From: an uncultured Aquificales bacterium
Lineage (GTDB): Bacteria; Thermosulfidibacterota; Thermosulfidibacteria; Thermosulfidibacterales; Thermosulfidibacteraceae
Assembly (NCBI GenBank): GCA_964411615.1
Contig: CAYPLO010000006.1
Coordinates: 25,892 to 36,183, forward strand
DNA: 10,292 bases
Reading direction: 5' to 3'
Of this stretch, positions 9,021 through 10,292 are shown in pieces (positions within the stretch are counted from its first letter, which is position 1; every line of letters starts with the position of its first letter). The notes beneath the pieces are model-generated. The model was not told the origin of the DNA and ran no database searches. It saw only the letters and a list, made by a program, of their open reading frames with translations. Position numbers and translations under genes: made by a program.

Positions 9021-9874
9021 GCCATCTGGAAGAGTTCATAGACCACATAATCACAGAAAAAGGCCTCTCCCCTGCCACAGCAGAGGCCTACGAGAAGGAC
9101 ATCACAGAATACATTGAACTTTGCGGCGAGAAGTTTGATTTTGACAGCATCTCCGACTTCATACTGCACCTGAACAGCAAAGGATTAACACCATCAACCA
9201 TAAGGAGAAAGCTATCTGCGGTGAGGCAATTCGCATCATTCCTGAGAAAGAGGGGATACGACGTTACAGACCACTTTGACAGGATAGACTCTCCAAAAAT
9301 GTGGGAGAGACTCCCCACCTATCTAACTGTAGAAGAGGTGGAAAGACTGCTCAATTCACCCGACACATCCACGGAATTGGGGCTGAGAGATAGAGCCATA
9401 CTTGAGCTCATGTACGCTTCAGGATTAAGGGTATCCGAGATTTGCAAGCTGAAGATTGAAGATGTGGACTTCAACCAGGGCCTTATCTTTGTAAAACAAT
9501 CCAAGGGCAAAAAGGACAGAATAGTTCCCGTACACACCACCGCTTTAAAGTGGATAGACCTGTATCTGAAAAGCAGAAAACACAAGAGTAGCTACATGTT
9601 TCTAAACAACAGGGGCAAACCGCTAACGAGGCAGAGGGTATGGCAGATTGTAAAAGATTACGCTTCCAAAGCCGGTATAGACCCCAGAAAGGTTCATCCA
9701 CACGTTCTCAGACACTCCTTCGCCACCCACATACTGATGTACGGAGCAGATTTAAGGACCGTCCAGGAGCTTCTGGGACACGCCAGTATAAAGACCACTC
9801 AAATTTACACATACGTGGCAAAACCCGAGCTTGAGGAAAAGTACAGAAAGATTCACCCAAGGGCAAAGGGCTAA
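9017..9874 (+). CDS. xerD: Tyrosine recombinase XerD-like
   Basis: [111 protein letters not shown]. The LTRQxxW and [19 protein letters not shown] motifs are XerD-typical. ATGA overlap with era. Confidence 0.85.
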   Translation: MSHLEEFIDHIITEKGLSPATAEAYEKDITEYIELCGEKFDFDSISDFILHLNSKGLTPSTIRRKLSAVRQFASFLRKRGYDVTDHFDRIDSPKMWERLPTYLTVEEVERLLNSPDTSTELGLRDRAILELMYASGLRVSEICKLKIEDVDFNQGLIFVKQSKGKKDRIVPVHTTALKWIDLYLKSRKHKSSYMFLNNRGKPLTRQRVWQIVKDYASKAGIDPRKVHPHVLRHSFATHILMYGADLRTVQELLGHASIKTTQIYTYVAKPELEEKYRKIHPRAKG

Positions 9875-10292
9875 AACTGGTAGGAGAAGTAAAGGGCAAT
9901 ACCCTTTGACTTAACGTAATCCCTGACCTGAGGAGTCGCCTGATAGGCCACCATTACAAGCAGCTTTTCACCCTCCATAACCTTACCTATTCTCACCACC
10001 TTTCTAAGGAAAGAGTCCACATCTCTCCTTTTTAGCTGGGTCTTACACTCTCCTATAATCCACACTCTGCTACCATCTTTCCATCCCTCACCTATTATAT
10101 TGACCTCCTCGTACCTTCCAGAGGGAAGTTTAACGTAGTCTCTTCTAAGCTCCTTTACCTCAATACCGAAATCCCTGTTTATGAGCCCAGGAAGGCCCTT
10201 GTAAGCCTTATCCTCAAGGGAGTATCCCACCGTATGCGCCAGTCCTCCGAGCTGCTCCCTTATCTTCTTCTGATTTTCTTCCAGACGGTCCA
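9871..10292 (-). CDS. 3' part of a coiled-coil protein with a C-terminal PD-(D/E)xK nuclease-like domain (5' end outside the window)
   Basis: The frame stays open upstream of the listed GTG 10230 to the window edge ([30 protein letters not shown]). It continues with EEVNIIGEG...[10 protein letters not shown] (motif II/III-like). As I recall, this resembles a thermophile family often auto-annotated as 'chordopoxvirus fusion protein' or DUF3782-like. Confidence 0.7.
   Translation of the reverse strand, partial: DRLEENQKKIREQLGGLAHTVGYSLEDKAYKGLPGLINRDFGIEVKELRRDYVKLPSGRYEEVNIIGEGWKDGSRVWIIGECKTQLKRRDVDSFLRKVVRIGKVMEGEKLLVMVAYQATPQVRDYVKSKGIALYFSYQF

Noticed and set aside
5814..9864. 11-bp inverted repeat CACCCAAGGGC (5814-5824 and 9854-9864) suggesting an invertible segment
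   Set aside because: Both copies encode the conserved HPRA C-terminal motif of the two Xer paralogs, so protein constraint explains it.
5801..9874. Prophage, integron or ICE suggested by two tyrosine recombinases
   Set aside because: Intervening and flanking genes are core housekeeping genes. There is no integron-integrase insertion, attC-like array, tRNA target or phage gene.
1..10292. RNA genes, CRISPR arrays, intrinsic terminators, tandem repeats
   Set aside because: The window is almost entirely coding with a single ~54-bp gap. I saw no repeat-spacer periodicity, cloverleaf or hairpin-plus-U-tract.

Overview
Gene-dense bacterial chromosomal segment. The purine-rich coding strands with heavy AGG/AGA and ATA codon use suggest a thermophile. 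The core is two divergent, tightly coupled operons separated by only ~54 bp: leftward yicC-gmk-xerC-hslV-hslU-(M50 site-2 protease)-secA, and rightward era(divergent)-xerD. Each operon runs tail-to-tail, with a 4-nt overlap, into an accessory gene. On the left is a HEPN/MNT (type VII toxin-antitoxin-like) locus in which an apparent internal deletion has fused the HEPN N-terminus in frame to an intact-looking nucleotidyltransferase, leaving the HEPN C-terminal helix stranded in another frame. On the right is the 3' part of a coiled-coil + PD-(D/E)xK-like protein that extends beyond the window. The most notable items are the HEPN-MNT fusion, the co-location of xerC and xerD (xerD lower in GC), and an atypical, C-terminally short Era. 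I saw no RNA genes, CRISPR arrays, IS elements or convincing dif site. All assignments are from motif recognition only; no searches were run.
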